The notes: generated by a model not told the origin, from the letters alone. Positions 38,201 through 50,003 are shown, counted from the first letter of the stretch. The stretch is DNA of 64,000 nt from Vulcanimicrobiota bacterium (GCA_963733295.1 CAVTCS010000003.1:2784001-2848000), one strand, 5' to 3'. Translations and numbers: made by a program.

Positions 38201-40422
38201 AGCGCTGCGATGCGTCCGCTCTCGAGCGGCGACCCGAGGCTGCGCAACGGCGCAGCGTTCGCTCCGGCGAGCGCGACGCCGAGGCGACCCGCGCCGCCCA
38301 CCGCGCCGGCGGCCGCGAACGTTCCGCCGGCCACCCGGGCGGTGGCTGAATAAACGCGCAGAACGTTCCCGGCGATCTCGATCGTGCCGCGCACGTCGCT
38401 CACCGGGACCCCGCGTATGCTAAGGTTCGCCGCGCCGGCGCCGCTCGACTGAACGACGGTTTTTCCCGAGCGGAGCAGGAGCGCGACGGGAGCGTCGAGC
38501 GGCCCCTTCGCCTCGACTTGACCGGTGAAGACCGCGAGCCGCTCAAGGCTGCCGCGGTAACGTCCGCTCAGCGCGAGTTGCTCGGGATCGTAGGCGGCGT
38601 TTCCCGCGAACGCGCCCCAGGGTCCGCTCGCCACGAGGTCTGAGGCCCGCAGGTCGGCCGGCGCACCCGCCACTCGCGCGGCCGAAACGCTGCCGATCCG
38701 GTAACGCCCGACGACGAAGTCCGCGAGCGACGCCGCCCCGGCCAAACGAAAATCGGAAGGATGGCCTTCACCGGCTAAGCGCGCATCGAGCCGGCCGCTG
38801 AAATCGGGCGGCGCGAGATTCGGCAGACCGGGCAGTTGCGGATGAGCGCTGCCCGGGCGGATCGCAAATCCGCTCGCGTCGAGCCAGAAGCCGCTCTCGG
38901 ACGACATGCGATTGGCGTAAAACGCGCCGGCCGCCGATCCCGAACCCTGGCGAATTGCAAACGGTCCGAACTCGCCGTCGCCGTTGCGGTCGAGCCGGAA
39001 GAGTCCCCGCACGCTCTCGTCGCCGGCAGCGCCGTCGGCCACACCTCGCGCGTCGATCGCGAGATCGCTTCCGCCCAGGACCGCGGTGACGCGCAAGGGC
39101 ACGCGCGGCACCGACTGCGCGACGAACGGCACCGTTCCCGGCGGCGCGCTTCCGTCGACCGCCAACTCCGACACGGCGCGATCGCCGAGATCCAAATAAC
39201 CGCGCGTTACCGAGTCGAACGCGCCGTAGCGCACGCTTGCGCGAACCAGCGAAAGACTGCTGTCGTAGTAGATCAGGTCGCCGGAAACGGCCTCGAGCGG
39301 AAACTTTCCATACGCGACGCGCTGCGAGTCGACGCGAACGTGCACGAGAGGTTGGCCGACCGCGCCCTCGACGACGGCACCGACCGCGACGTCGCCCGAG
39401 AGCGGCAAGCCCGCCGAGAAGTTGAAGGCCGAGCGCAGCGTTTCGAGCGGTCCCTTCGTGCGAAATCCGAGGCGGAACGCCGGCGCCTGCCAATCGTAGA
39501 TTCCGCCGGCGGCTTCGGCCGGCAGATCGGCGACCCGCGCCGTTATCCGGTTGCTCGCGATCCCGCCGTCGAACAGGTCGAAACGCGCCGTGACGTCGCG
39601 CAGCGGCAGGCGCAACCCCGGAATCCGCAGCGCGCCGCCGGACAGCCAGGCGCTGCCCGCGAAGTGGGTTGCACCCGAGGCGAAGGAATACACGACGACG
39701 TCGAGGTCCGAGACGCGGCCGCCCAGCACGTGCGCGGACCGGTAGTTGACCACATAGTTTAGGAGTGTAGTAACCGGGAGGTGTGGCGCGCGCAGCCGGT
39801 GCATCGCATAACGGCGCGTCACGTCGAGGGTGCCGGTCAACTCGAGCGGCGCGCCTTCGTACGTCGCGCCGGCGCGGTAGGTCGTGACTGCGCCCGTATC
39901 GACCGCGAAGCGCGCGTTGACGGAATCGAGCCTCAAGCGGCGCGCGGCGGGATCGACGCGGTGCGGGTCGACGATCTCGATCAGTCCGTCGCGGAGCGTT
40001 CCGGTCAGTATCAGCGGCGTACCGCCGGCCCCGGAAGGCGAGGACGGTCCGCCGCCGCCGCCGCTCAGATCGAAGGATCCATCGGCGTGCCGTACCAGCG
40101 TGAGGTGCGGCCGCGTGACCTCGACCGAGCGCAAACCGAAGCGCCGCTTACCCCCGGGCAAGAGGTCGCGCAAGTCGTACGCGACGTCGAGGCGCGCCAC
40201 GTCGAGAAAGGGGTCGCCGTTCCGCCGGACCGACAGGCCCTCGATCGTCAGGTGCTCGCGATCCGCAGTCAGCGCCGAGAACGAGACGTGGCTGCCGGTG
40301 AGGACGTCGAGCAGCCCTGCGACGACGGCGCGGGCGAGCGGCGCGCGAAACGCAATCGCCAGCAGCAGCGCTGCGACCGCGCCGGCCAGGAGCGCGATCC
40401 GGCGTCCTCTCAGATGCTGCAC
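35263..40422 (-). CDS. tamB: translocation/assembly module TamB (AsmA-like)
   Basis: 1719 aa; N-terminal TM anchor, beta-taco repeats, C-terminal DUF490-like region (GTLADPSLSG, LASTPSYSREQILGLL); upstream of bamA. Confidence 0.85.
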   Translation of the reverse strand: MQHLRGRRIALLAGAVAALLLAIAFRAPLARAVVAGLLDVLTGSHVSFSALTADREHLTIEGLSVRRNGDPFLDVARLDVAYDLRDLLPGGKRRFGLRSVEVTRPHLTLVRHADGSFDLSGGGGGPSSPSGAGGTPLILTGTLRDGLIEIVDPHRVDPAARRLRLDSVNARFAVDTGAVTTYRAGATYEGAPLELTGTLDVTRRYAMHRLRAPHLPVTTLLNYVVNYRSAHVLGGRVSDLDVVVYSFASGATHFAGSAWLSGGALRIPGLRLPLRDVTARFDLFDGGIASNRITARVADLPAEAAGGIYDWQAPAFRLGFRTKGPLETLRSAFNFSAGLPLSGDVAVGAVVEGAVGQPLVHVRVDSQRVAYGKFPLEAVSGDLIYYDSSLSLVRASVRYGAFDSVTRGYLDLGDRAVSELAVDGSAPPGTVPFVAQSVPRVPLRVTAVLGGSDLAIDARGVADGAAGDESVRGLFRLDRNGDGEFGPFAIRQGSGSAAGAFYANRMSSESGFWLDASGFAIRPGSAHPQLPGLPNLAPPDFSGRLDARLAGEGHPSDFRLAGAASLADFVVGRYRIGSVSAARVAGAPADLRASDLVASGPWGAFAGNAAYDPEQLALSGRYRGSLERLAVFTGQVEAKGPLDAPVALLLRSGKTVVQSSGAGAANLSIRGVPVSDVRGTIEIAGNVLRVYSATARVAGGTFAAAGAVGGAGRLGVALAGANAAPLRSLGSPLESGRIAALGNVRQAADGTDFDGTLSLAAARVRNLSVSGSSGIALRGDTAKLDGGEALVDGNYGHFAGTVADLGRGPVALDLAVSTENARVVPFAQLLVPARHDIAGTFDADVRVNGTSAAPAVAGRIALSEGTFQGQAFRDASARFAADPHGLSAQDGTVAVGSTRVAFAADYRPGDLAAKLFASRANLADFDDLFDTGDTLDGVGRVNAVFSRRGGKLATNADVEFAGLRYLRFNLGDSTATWSSNGRNVTGKLAFGGAAGRLDAAGTVRLAGRAPLATLLRHSRFNGQATLRDFDLSTWLPVLGYQLPMTGRLDADTRISGSLSQPNLAVSASLNGGHYGKIPINRFTLSATADLRSVTLAAAALDLGTLQATGSGIIGVGPTDPIALSLHATTNDLAGLGTRLTGAKLALGGSGETDVKLTGTRAKPSIAGGFYVHEATFQSIAIPQALGQFRLQGRSVELEGAELVLSKGRVDFAGAVPFTFSPFGFGPPAAPVEVEVTSRGLDLSNFVPLLPKGSTLLGLIEGRVGVSGTAGAPRVEGRLTLSGGAATVPSFETEPLSKISAAVSFDRDAATLESFHAEAGGGSVEGSGRATLGLDSSFRLTALTRGLRLDLPAYGRGTLDGSVTLERPAGGPPLLSGKVGLSDTVVPFSALSVGAISLAGSSDVPGLVAPPAPAGASPAPARPKLDLALDVTAERNVRVRSSNIDIGGTGAIHVGGTLADPSLSGELDSTGGTLSYFNTVFRVQSGKVTFDPSQGLIPNLDAVATTHVSNPDPNGFRNVSGSADITITVKGPVSNLDIQLASTPSYSREQILGLLLGAPSLGANLFDVNGYPAGAVTRNTSGQNTIGQQAFNIANAQFTKNLLAPFETQAAGALGLSDINVNVDVTGAVGVTARKGLGKFVNAIYSQTFGYPTRQSFGFEIKPNQFTAAQVTAFDTVGAQNIFVAYPALLYGTPQSTRITAAQPIGGTSGFAASLQLLLP

Positions 40423-40474
40423 TTCCTTAACAACGTCGGCAGCATCGTGAGGCTCTCAGAGTCACTCTGCGCCG

Positions 40475-43271
<2,797 letters not shown>

Positions 43272-44375
43272 CTAGGCCACCTCGCGCAAGGTCGCGGCCT
43301 CGACGCGGTAGGTTGCTGCGACGGGGACGTCGAGCTCGCCGGTCGTCGTGATGAAGGCTTGTTCGACGTCGCTTACGGCACGCAGCAGCGCACTCTGGCG
43401 CGCCCGGTCCAGCTCCGAGAGCACGTCGTCCAGCAGCAGAATCGGAGCCTCGCCGCCGCGCAGCGACATCAGCGCGTATTCGGCGACCTTGAGGGCGAGC
43501 ACCGCGGTACGCTGCTGACCTTGCGAACCGAAAGCCGCGAGCGAGTGTCCGTCGAGCCGGAACTCGAGGTCGTCGCGATGCGGGCCGACCAGTGCCGTCT
43601 TGCGCAGCGCTTCCGCCGCGCTGTGCGCCGCTAAACGCGCGCGGAAGGCCGCCTCGGCGCCGGCCTGCGTGGCAACTTCGAAGGGAACGTTCGGCGCGTA
43701 GCGCAGCTCCAATTCGCCTTCCGCGCCGCCGACCCAACTGTGCTGCGCCGCGCGAGCGTGCGCGCCGAGCGCTTCGATGTAGTTGCGCCGCGCCAGCATT
43801 AGCGCGGACCCGAGCGTAACGAGGCGCTCGTCATAGGTCGCGAGCAAAGCGGGATCGATCGCGCCCGGCCCGCGCAGCAGCGCACTCTTTTGCGCGACGT
43901 AGTTGCCGTACGAGGCGAGGCCGGCGTAGTATGCGGGGTTCTCTTGGGAAAGCGCGGCGTTGAGAAAACCGCGGCGCAAAGCGGGCGCTCCGGCCACGAG
44001 CTGCAAGTGCGCCGGAACGAAGGTGACGACCCGCAGGCGTCCGAGATACCCCGCGTAACGCACGTTTTTCCCGTTGAGCGCGTAGAGTTTGCGCGTTCCG
44101 TTCGCACCCGCCGTCAACGTGCACGAAAGGCGCACGCTGCCGGCGCGCAGCCGCGCTTCTCCGCTTAAGCTCGCGGCGGCGTGTCCCTCGCGGATCAGTT
44201 CGCCTTCGCGCGCGGTCCGGAAGGACTTCCCCGTACCGAGTAAACCGATCGCTTCGAGCAAATTGCTTTTTCCTTGAGCGTTCGCGCCGGCGAGCACGCA
44301 GAGACCGGGCGGCGGCCGAAACTCCAAGGTCGCGTAGTTGCGCACGTTGACGAGAGTGAGTTGCGTCAACGTCAG
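43272..44375 (-). CDS. recF: DNA replication/repair protein RecF
   Basis: NVRNY, GANAQGKSNLLEAI, GPHRDDL, SQGQQR, LLLDDVLSELD. Start is CTG 44375 (SD-supported) or TTG 44369. Confidence 0.95.
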   Translation of the reverse strand: MTLTQLTLVNVRNYATLEFRPPPGLCVLAGANAQGKSNLLEAIGLLGTGKSFRTAREGELIREGHAAASLSGEARLRAGSVRLSCTLTAGANGTRKLYALNGKNVRYAGYLGRLRVVTFVPAHLQLVAGAPALRRGFLNAALSQENPAYYAGLASYGNYVAQKSALLRGPGAIDPALLATYDERLVTLGSALMLARRNYIEALGAHARAAQHSWVGGAEGELELRYAPNVPFEVATQAGAEAAFRARLAAHSAAEALRKTALVGPHRDDLEFRLDGHSLAAFGSQGQQRTAVLALKVAEYALMSLRGGEAPILLLDDVLSELDRARQSALLRAVSDVEQAFITTTGELDVPVAATYRVEAATLREVA

Positions 44376-44385
44376 ACGCGAACCC

Positions 44386-45507
44386 TCATTGCCGTAGGGG
44401 CATGAGCACGTACATCTGGTGCACGCCTTCGGCCTCGTCCGAAGGCCGGATCGCCGCGGGCGAGAGCGGTCCTAGGAACTCGACGACGATTTGCGGAGCG
44501 TCGACGTGCGACAGGATCTCGACGAGGTAGCGCGCGTTGAATGCGATGGTCAGGTCTTCGCCGGTCTGCTCGACCTCGAGTTCCTCGTGCGCGTTTCCGG
44601 TCGTGTCGCTGTTGGCGGTGATGACCAGCTGCTGCCCCGAAACGCTCATCTTAACCATGCTCGCGCGATCGCCGGCGACGAGCTCGGCGCGCCGTAGCCC
44701 GGACATCAGCGCGCTCGTATTCACCGTGACCGAGCGATCGAATTGCGCCGGAATGACCTGACCGTAGTTCGGGTATTGCCCGTCGACGAGGCGCACGACG
44801 ATCGAGGTATTGGCGGCGGCGAACGCCAGTTGGTTGGCCGCCGGCCCCAGTGCGGACACCTCAACCGTCTCCGCGGCGCCGAGGTTGCGCGCGGCTTCGC
44901 TCAGCGCACGCGAGGGCACGATGTATTTAATCGTCGCTTCGTCTTCGACGCCGCGCGCCAACGTCGTCTCCCATTTGGCAAGCCGGTAACCGTCGGTCGC
45001 GACCATCGTGAGCTGATCGCCGGTGATCTCGAGCAACGTCCCCATCAAGACCGCGCCGCGCGCCTCCTCGCTGGATGCGGCGAAGATCGTGGCCGCAACG
45101 CCTTCGCGGAAGCGCTTCGCATCGATCGCAAACGACGTGCCCTTTTGCGAGGACGGCAGGGGCGGATATTCGTCGGCGGGCAGTGCGTGAAAGTCGTAGT
45201 TGGAGCGTTCGCACTTCACGCTCGCGCGCGTCGGCGTTCCGGAAAGCTCGACGATCCCCGGCGGCAGGTTCGCGAGGTAGCCGCTGAACAGCTTGGCCGG
45301 CACGGTGACGCTCCCGGCCTCCTTGATCTCGGCCGGAAATAAGTGTTCGAGGGTGAGTTCGAGATCGGTGGCGCGGACGCGGATCGCGTCGTCCGTCGCC
45401 GTAAGCAGGACGTTTCCGAGAATCGGTACCGTCGAGTGCGAGGGAACGATCTTGCTCGCCGCGCCGACCGCCGCCGCGATGTCCTTGGTGCTACACGAAA
45501 ACTTCAC
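44386..45507 (-). CDS. dnaN: DNA polymerase III beta clamp
   Basis: ATDLE, VATDGYRLA, GQYPNY, IAFNARYL, VLMPLR. Confidence 0.97.
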   Translation of the reverse strand: MKFSCSTKDIAAAVGAASKIVPSHSTVPILGNVLLTATDDAIRVRATDLELTLEHLFPAEIKEAGSVTVPAKLFSGYLANLPPGIVELSGTPTRASVKCERSNYDFHALPADEYPPLPSSQKGTSFAIDAKRFREGVAATIFAASSEEARGAVLMGTLLEITGDQLTMVATDGYRLAKWETTLARGVEDEATIKYIVPSRALSEAARNLGAAETVEVSALGPAANQLAFAAANTSIVVRLVDGQYPNYGQVIPAQFDRSVTVNTSALMSGLRRAELVAGDRASMVKMSVSGQQLVITANSDTTGNAHEELEVEQTGEDLTIAFNARYLVEILSHVDAPQIVVEFLGPLSPAAIRPSDEAEGVHQMYVLMPLRQ

Positions 45508-45562
45508 GCCGCCCGGCCCTGTCGTTTCGCGTCGTCCACCGGTGAGGCTGCCATCGGGGCTC

Positions 45563-45762
45563 CTTTAAGTATAAAGAACGTTCGTCGTAGTAGTAGTAAG
45601 GCGGTGTATTGCGGGGAGAAGCGGGGAAACGCTGGTTCGGCGGGTCACCGCATGCTCGAGAAACTGTGCATGCTCTCCGGCGGTCTTTCCACATTTGCAC
45701 CGCGGGGAGCGCGGAGCAACGTTTATCCACGTTAGATAGAGCGCCCTGTACAGCGCCCCACA
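45563..45762. other. oriC: oriC unwinding region (dnaA-dnaN intergenic): DnaA boxes, DnaA-trios and AT-rich tract
   Basis: TTATCCACG 45723-45731, CTTTCCACA 45685-45693, degenerate boxes 45601-45630, TAG repeats 45588-45599, AT-rich TTTAAGTATAAAG beside them. Confidence 0.85.
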
Positions 45763-45789
45763 ATGGCTGCGAAGAACGCCGCTAGGGCG

Positions 45790-47157
45790 TCATTCGCTCT
45801 GACAGAGGGCCATCAGGGAGCGGACTTTGTTGCGGTACGCTTCGTCGACCGCCATCTGGTGCTTTACTTTATCGCGCGCGTACATGACCGTGGTGTGATC
45901 TTTTTTCGCAAACTCGCGCGCGATCTGGGGCAGCGAGTTGTCGGTCAACTCCGTGGCCAAGTACATCGCGATCTGGCGCGGTGCGGCGATGCGCTGATCG
46001 CGGCGTTGATGGTCCATCTCCTTGACCGTCAGCCCGTGGGCTTTGGCGACCCGCTCCTTGATGATGGCGACGGTGATCCGCCGGGCGGGCGCCGAGGCGA
46101 CGACGTTCTTGAGCACGTCGGCGGCCAGCTCGGCCGTAATCGCCGATTTGGTGAGCGACGCGAAAGCGACGACGCGGATAAGCGCTCCCTCGAGCTCGCG
46201 AATGTTCGACGGAATGACCTTTGCGATGAACGAGGTGACGTCGTCGGGAACCGGGATCTTCTCGGACTCGGCTTTCTTGCGCAGGATCGCTTCGCGCGTC
46301 TCCAAGTCGGGAGGCTGGATGTCGGTCAGCAGACCCCACTCGAAACGCGAGCGCAGCCGGCTCTCGAGGGTCTGAATCTCTTTCGGCGGCCGGTCGCTCG
46401 AGATGACGAGTTGGCGCTGCGCCTCGTGCAAAGAGTTGAACGTATGGAAGAACTCCTCTTGGGTTTGCTCTTTGCCTTCGAGGAACTGGATGTCGTCGAT
46501 CAGCAGCACGTCGACGTGACGATATTTATTGCGGAATTCGACCGTTTGATTGTTTTTGATGGCAATGATAAATTCGTTCGTAAACTTTTCGCTTGAGACG
46601 TAGACGATGTTGGCGTCGGGGGTCCGGCTCAAAACGCGGTGCCCGATCGCGTGCATGAGATGCGTCTTCCCAAGGCCCACGCCACCGTATAAAAAGAGCG
46701 GGTTGTATGCTTTGGCGGGCGCTTCGGCAACCGCCTGAGCGGCGGCGTGAGCGAAGCGGTTTGAGTTGCCGACCACGAACTCTTCGAAGCTGTAGCGCGG
46801 GTTGAGATTCCCGTGCCGAATGTCCTCGGTCGCGCCGCGAAGGGCCGCCGCATGGGCTTCCGCCGGACTCTCTTGCGCCGCCACGGCGTCGGCCGCGACC
46901 ACGAAACGGAGCGTGATCTCCTCGCCCAGCAACTCGGCGAGGACCTCCGAAATGTCGGCCTTCAGCCGGTTCTCGACCCAGTCTCGCGCAAACGGGCTCT
47001 GCACGGACAACACGATCTCGGCACCGTTCAGGGCGACCAAGCGGATCGGCTTCAGCCACATTTCGAAGATCGGCTTGGAGTACTTTCGCTCGAGAGCGTC
47101 CAGCGCCGAGATCCATAACTCGTTTGAAACGCCCGTCTGGCCGATCGCTACGCTCAT
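45790..47157 (-). CDS. dnaA: chromosomal replication initiator
   Basis: YNPLFLYGGVGLGKTHL, LLIDDIQF, SNIRELEGAL, KDHTTV. Confidence 0.98.
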   Translation of the reverse strand: MSVAIGQTGVSNELWISALDALERKYSKPIFEMWLKPIRLVALNGAEIVLSVQSPFARDWVENRLKADISEVLAELLGEEITLRFVVAADAVAAQESPAEAHAAALRGATEDIRHGNLNPRYSFEEFVVGNSNRFAHAAAQAVAEAPAKAYNPLFLYGGVGLGKTHLMHAIGHRVLSRTPDANIVYVSSEKFTNEFIIAIKNNQTVEFRNKYRHVDVLLIDDIQFLEGKEQTQEEFFHTFNSLHEAQRQLVISSDRPPKEIQTLESRLRSRFEWGLLTDIQPPDLETREAILRKKAESEKIPVPDDVTSFIAKVIPSNIRELEGALIRVVAFASLTKSAITAELAADVLKNVVASAPARRITVAIIKERVAKAHGLTVKEMDHQRRDQRIAAPRQIAMYLATELTDNSLPQIAREFAKKDHTTVMYARDKVKHQMAVDEAYRNKVRSLMALCQSE

Positions 47158-47272
47158 AGAACTTGACCGCCTTAGCAAACTCTTCTCGGAGAAACGCGCG
47201 TCCGCGGACGCACTGAAAGCCCCGAGAATGAGGACGAACGATTGGAGGGCCACTCCCGCAATCCTCCGCTCG

Positions 47273-47460
47273 TTCTCCACGGACTTATGCACTTATCCAC
47301 AAGCGAGGCGTCTGGGACAATTGTAGGAACGACGGCCTTTTCCGGCGCTTCGCTTTAACTCGTCCACAAGGCGCAAAACCGCGCAAAGGGGTACGGCGAG
47401 CGTCTTTGCGGAGGCTTCGGGCGAGCGCTTCTCCACAAAGCTGTCCACAGGTGTGGACAA
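47273..47460. promoter_or_regulatory. DnaA-box cluster upstream of dnaA (second half of a bipartite oriC/autoregulation)
   Basis: TTCTCCACG 47273, TTATGCACT 47285, perfect TTATCCACA 47293, TCGTCCACA 47360, TTCTCCACA 47429, CTGTCCACA 47441, TGTGGACAA 47452. Confidence 0.88.
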
Positions 47461-47493
47461 TTTGGGAAACGTTCGCATTTGCTCGGAAAAGCG

Positions 47494-47523
47494 TTGACGG
47501 GCTCCCTCGCTTGCGGCTATACT
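47494..47523 (+). promoter_or_regulatory. sigma70-type promoter of the rpmH operon
   Basis: TTGACG-18 bp-TATACT. Confidence 0.7.
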
Positions 47524-47558
47524 CTGGTGCCTTCTTTTCTACGCCGGAGCCAACTCTC

Positions 47559-47693
47559 GTGAAACGGACCTTTCAGCCCCATAACCGCCGCCGTAAGCGC
47601 GTTCACGGCTTCCTCGAACGGATGTCGACCGCCGACGGCCGCAGCGTCATCGCGCGCCGCCGGAAGAAGGGGCGCAAGCGCCTCACGGCTTAA
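47559..47693 (+). CDS. rpmH: 50S ribosomal protein L34
   Basis: [22 protein letters not shown]...GRKRLTA; GGAG SD, GTG start. Confidence 0.97.
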   Translation: MKRTFQPHNRRRKRVHGFLERMSTADGRSVIARRRKKGRKRLTA

Positions 47694-47858
47694 GCAGGGT
47701 GCCGAAAAACCCCCGCGCCAGTCGCGACGCGGCCTTCCCGCCGGCTCGTCGTCGCCGCCTCGGTCACAATGCGCAGCGACATTGCTCCCTCAGCGGCTCC
47801 TCGATCCGCCGAAAAGTCCACGCCGCTTTGTGGCGCGCGGATTTCCCGGCACCCTGCT
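47693..47858 (-). ncRNA. candidate rod-shaped structured RNA/hairpin element, antisense to rpmH-rnpA
   Basis: End-to-end inverted repeat of about 80 paired positions; about ten A-C mismatches on + become G-U on -, and most others become G-A/G-G/A-A. Confidence 0.55.
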
Positions 47859-47860
47859 GA

Positions 47861-48193
47861 GTGCGCTGGTACGATCGCTTGCGCCGTTCGAGCGAGATCG
47901 CGCTGGTTCGTCGCAAGGGGCGCCGCGCTTCGGCGCCCACCCTCTCGCTGTTTGCGCTGCCCGCCTCGGACCGGAGCGTGCGCGTCGGGGTAACGGTCTC
48001 GAAAGCCGTCGGGGGCGCGGTGACGCGCAATCTGGTGCGGCGCCGCATCCTGGGCGCTCTGGACGGTTTGGCCTCGCGGCCGGCGCCGTCGCGGCTGCTT
48101 TTCGTCGCGAAGCCCGCGGCGGCCGGCGAGAGCTATGCGCGGCTGGCCGCCGACGTTGCGAGCGCCGTGGCCGGCACCCGAGTCCCGGACTAA
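47861..48193 (+). CDS. rnpA: ribonuclease P protein component
   Basis: [31 protein letters not shown] (RNR motif). Confidence 0.93.
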   Translation: MRWYDRLRRSSEIALVRRKGRRASAPTLSLFALPASDRSVRVGVTVSKAVGGAVTRNLVRRRILGALDGLASRPAPSRLLFVAKPAAAGESYARLAADVASAVAGTRVPD

Positions 48194-48194
48194 A

Positions 48195-48404
48195 GTGCGC
48201 TACCTGCTGGCCGGGCTGATCGTCGCGTACCGGGCAACGCTCTCTCCGCTCTTCCCACCGAGCTGCCGCTTTTACCCGACCTGCTCGCAGTACGCGAAGC
48301 AGGCGGTGTTGAAACACGGTTCTTTGCGCGGCGTATATTTGGCCGCCCGTCGCATCCTCCGATGCAATCCGTGGAACCCTGGGGGCGTCGATCTCGTCCC
48401 GTAG
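48195..48404 (+). CDS. yidD: membrane protein insertion efficiency factor
   Basis: [25 protein letters not shown]. Confidence 0.95.
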   Translation: MRYLLAGLIVAYRATLSPLFPPSCRFYPTCSQYAKQAVLKHGSLRGVYLAARRILRCNPWNPGGVDLVP

Positions 48405-48425
48405 ATCATCCGGAAAGGCTGTCCC

Positions 48426-49295
48426 TTGGAGCTCCCGTTGACCCCGCTGTTGGCCACGAGTTGGCTCGATCCGTTCCGCGATTTTTTGCAGGTCGTGCTG
48501 GTCGCGATCCACTCCGTCGTGCCCAACTACGGCTGGAGCCTCATCATCCTCGCGCTGCTCGTGAAGCTCGTCTTCTGGCCGCTCAACACGATGCAGTTCA
48601 AGTCGATGCTCAAGACGCAGCAGCTGCAGCCGAAGATGGCCGCGCTCAAGAAGCGCTTCGCCGGCGACAAGGAACGCCTCAACCAGGAAACGATGGCGCT
48701 CTACAAAGAGTCGGGCGTGAATCCTGCGGCGGGCTGTCTGCCGATGCTGGTGCAGATGCCGATTCTGATCAGCATGTACTGGCTGGGGATCAACGACAAG
48801 CAGCTGTTCTCCAACCAAGGCTGGCTGTGGATCGGCTCTCCGCTCGCCGCCATGGTTCCGAACAAGATCATCGCGGCGAGCTTGGCGGTGCCCGATTACA
48901 TCTTGCTCGCGTTCTACATCGTCTCGATGTATTTCAGCGTGCGCTTGACGACGCCGGCGATCGATCCGGCGCAAGCGCAACAGCAAAAGATCATGGCGTT
49001 TCTTTCGCCGGTGATGTTCGGCTATTTTGCGCTGAAGTATTACTTTCCGTCGGCGCTGGTTCTGTACTGGCTGTTCTTCAACGTCTTCACGATGGCGCAG
49101 CAGTTCTATTTGATTAACCGTTATCACACCAATCCGAGCCCGATCGGGCCGCACCCCGAAGCGGCGGCAGCGAGCGCCGCCCCGGCGCAGAGCGGCGCGC
49201 TGGCATCGAACAACGGCAGCAGGGCGGCCGCGCAAGACGGGAGCTCGAAGAGCGGCTCGCGCGCGGCGCGGCGCCGCCGCAGTTCCCGCCGTTAA
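48426..49295 (+). CDS. yidC: membrane protein insertase YidC (short, no large periplasmic domain)
   Basis: YGWSLIIL, QPKM, GVNPAAGCLPMLVQMPI, LVLYW. Confidence 0.93.
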   Translation: MELPLTPLLATSWLDPFRDFLQVVLVAIHSVVPNYGWSLIILALLVKLVFWPLNTMQFKSMLKTQQLQPKMAALKKRFAGDKERLNQETMALYKESGVNPAAGCLPMLVQMPILISMYWLGINDKQLFSNQGWLWIGSPLAAMVPNKIIAASLAVPDYILLAFYIVSMYFSVRLTTPAIDPAQAQQQKIMAFLSPVMFGYFALKYYFPSALVLYWLFFNVFTMAQQFYLINRYHTNPSPIGPHPEAAAASAAPAQSGALASNNGSRAAAQDGSSKSGSRAARRRRSSRR

Positions 49296-49331
49296 CGATT
49301 CTTTTCCTCGCGATCCAAGGAGCGATATGTA

Positions 49332-49964
49332 ATGGACGAGCACGCAAGCGATCAACCCTCGAGCGGCGGAGCCGCACCCGGACACGGCCGGCGGCGGCGC
49401 GCGGCGCGCAGCGGGGGCGGCGGTGGACGGCCACACGCCGGTCCGCCGCGCGGTCCGGACGGACCGCCACGTGCGCCGCGGCCTCCGGCCACGCCGAGCG
49501 TCGAGCCCGATTCGGTCAAGCCGGCTCGCGAGTTGCTCGTGCAAATACTCGACCGGTTGGGCATCGTCGGCGCGCAAGTCGCGTACTACGCACGCACCGA
49601 AGGCGAGTATCTCGAAGTGCGCGGGCCCGATCTCGCAAACTTGATCGGCCGGCACGGCCACACGCTCGAAGCTTTGAATTTGATCTTCAACAACATCGTG
49701 AACGCAGGCGTCAAGAAAGACCGGCACTACTTCACGATCGACGCGGAAGGCTACCGCGCGCGACGGGCCGACATGCTCAAGGCGCTCGCGTTGCAAACGC
49801 TCGAACGCGCCGTTCGCGAAAAGCGCCCGATCGCGCTCGAACCGATGCTTCCCTCCGAGCGTAAAGTCGTACACCTCGCGCTGGCCGAGAACCCGTTCGT
49901 CACGACGGAGTCGAGCGGCGTCGAACCGGAACGCCGGGTCGTCGTCATGCCCCGTTCGGCGTAG
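49332..49964 (+). CDS. jag: Jag/EloR (KhpB) RNA-binding protein, KH + R3H
   Basis: LIGRHGHTLEAL, ERKVVHLAL, SSGVEPERRVV. Confidence 0.88.
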   Translation: MDEHASDQPSSGGAAPGHGRRRRAARSGGGGGRPHAGPPRGPDGPPRAPRPPATPSVEPDSVKPARELLVQILDRLGIVGAQVAYYARTEGEYLEVRGPDLANLIGRHGHTLEALNLIFNNIVNAGVKKDRHYFTIDAEGYRARRADMLKALALQTLERAVREKRPIALEPMLPSERKVVHLALAENPFVTTESSGVEPERRVVVMPRSA

Positions 49965-50003
49965 CGCCGCTAGAAATGTATCGCGGCCGGAGCGCCGCAA
50001 CCC

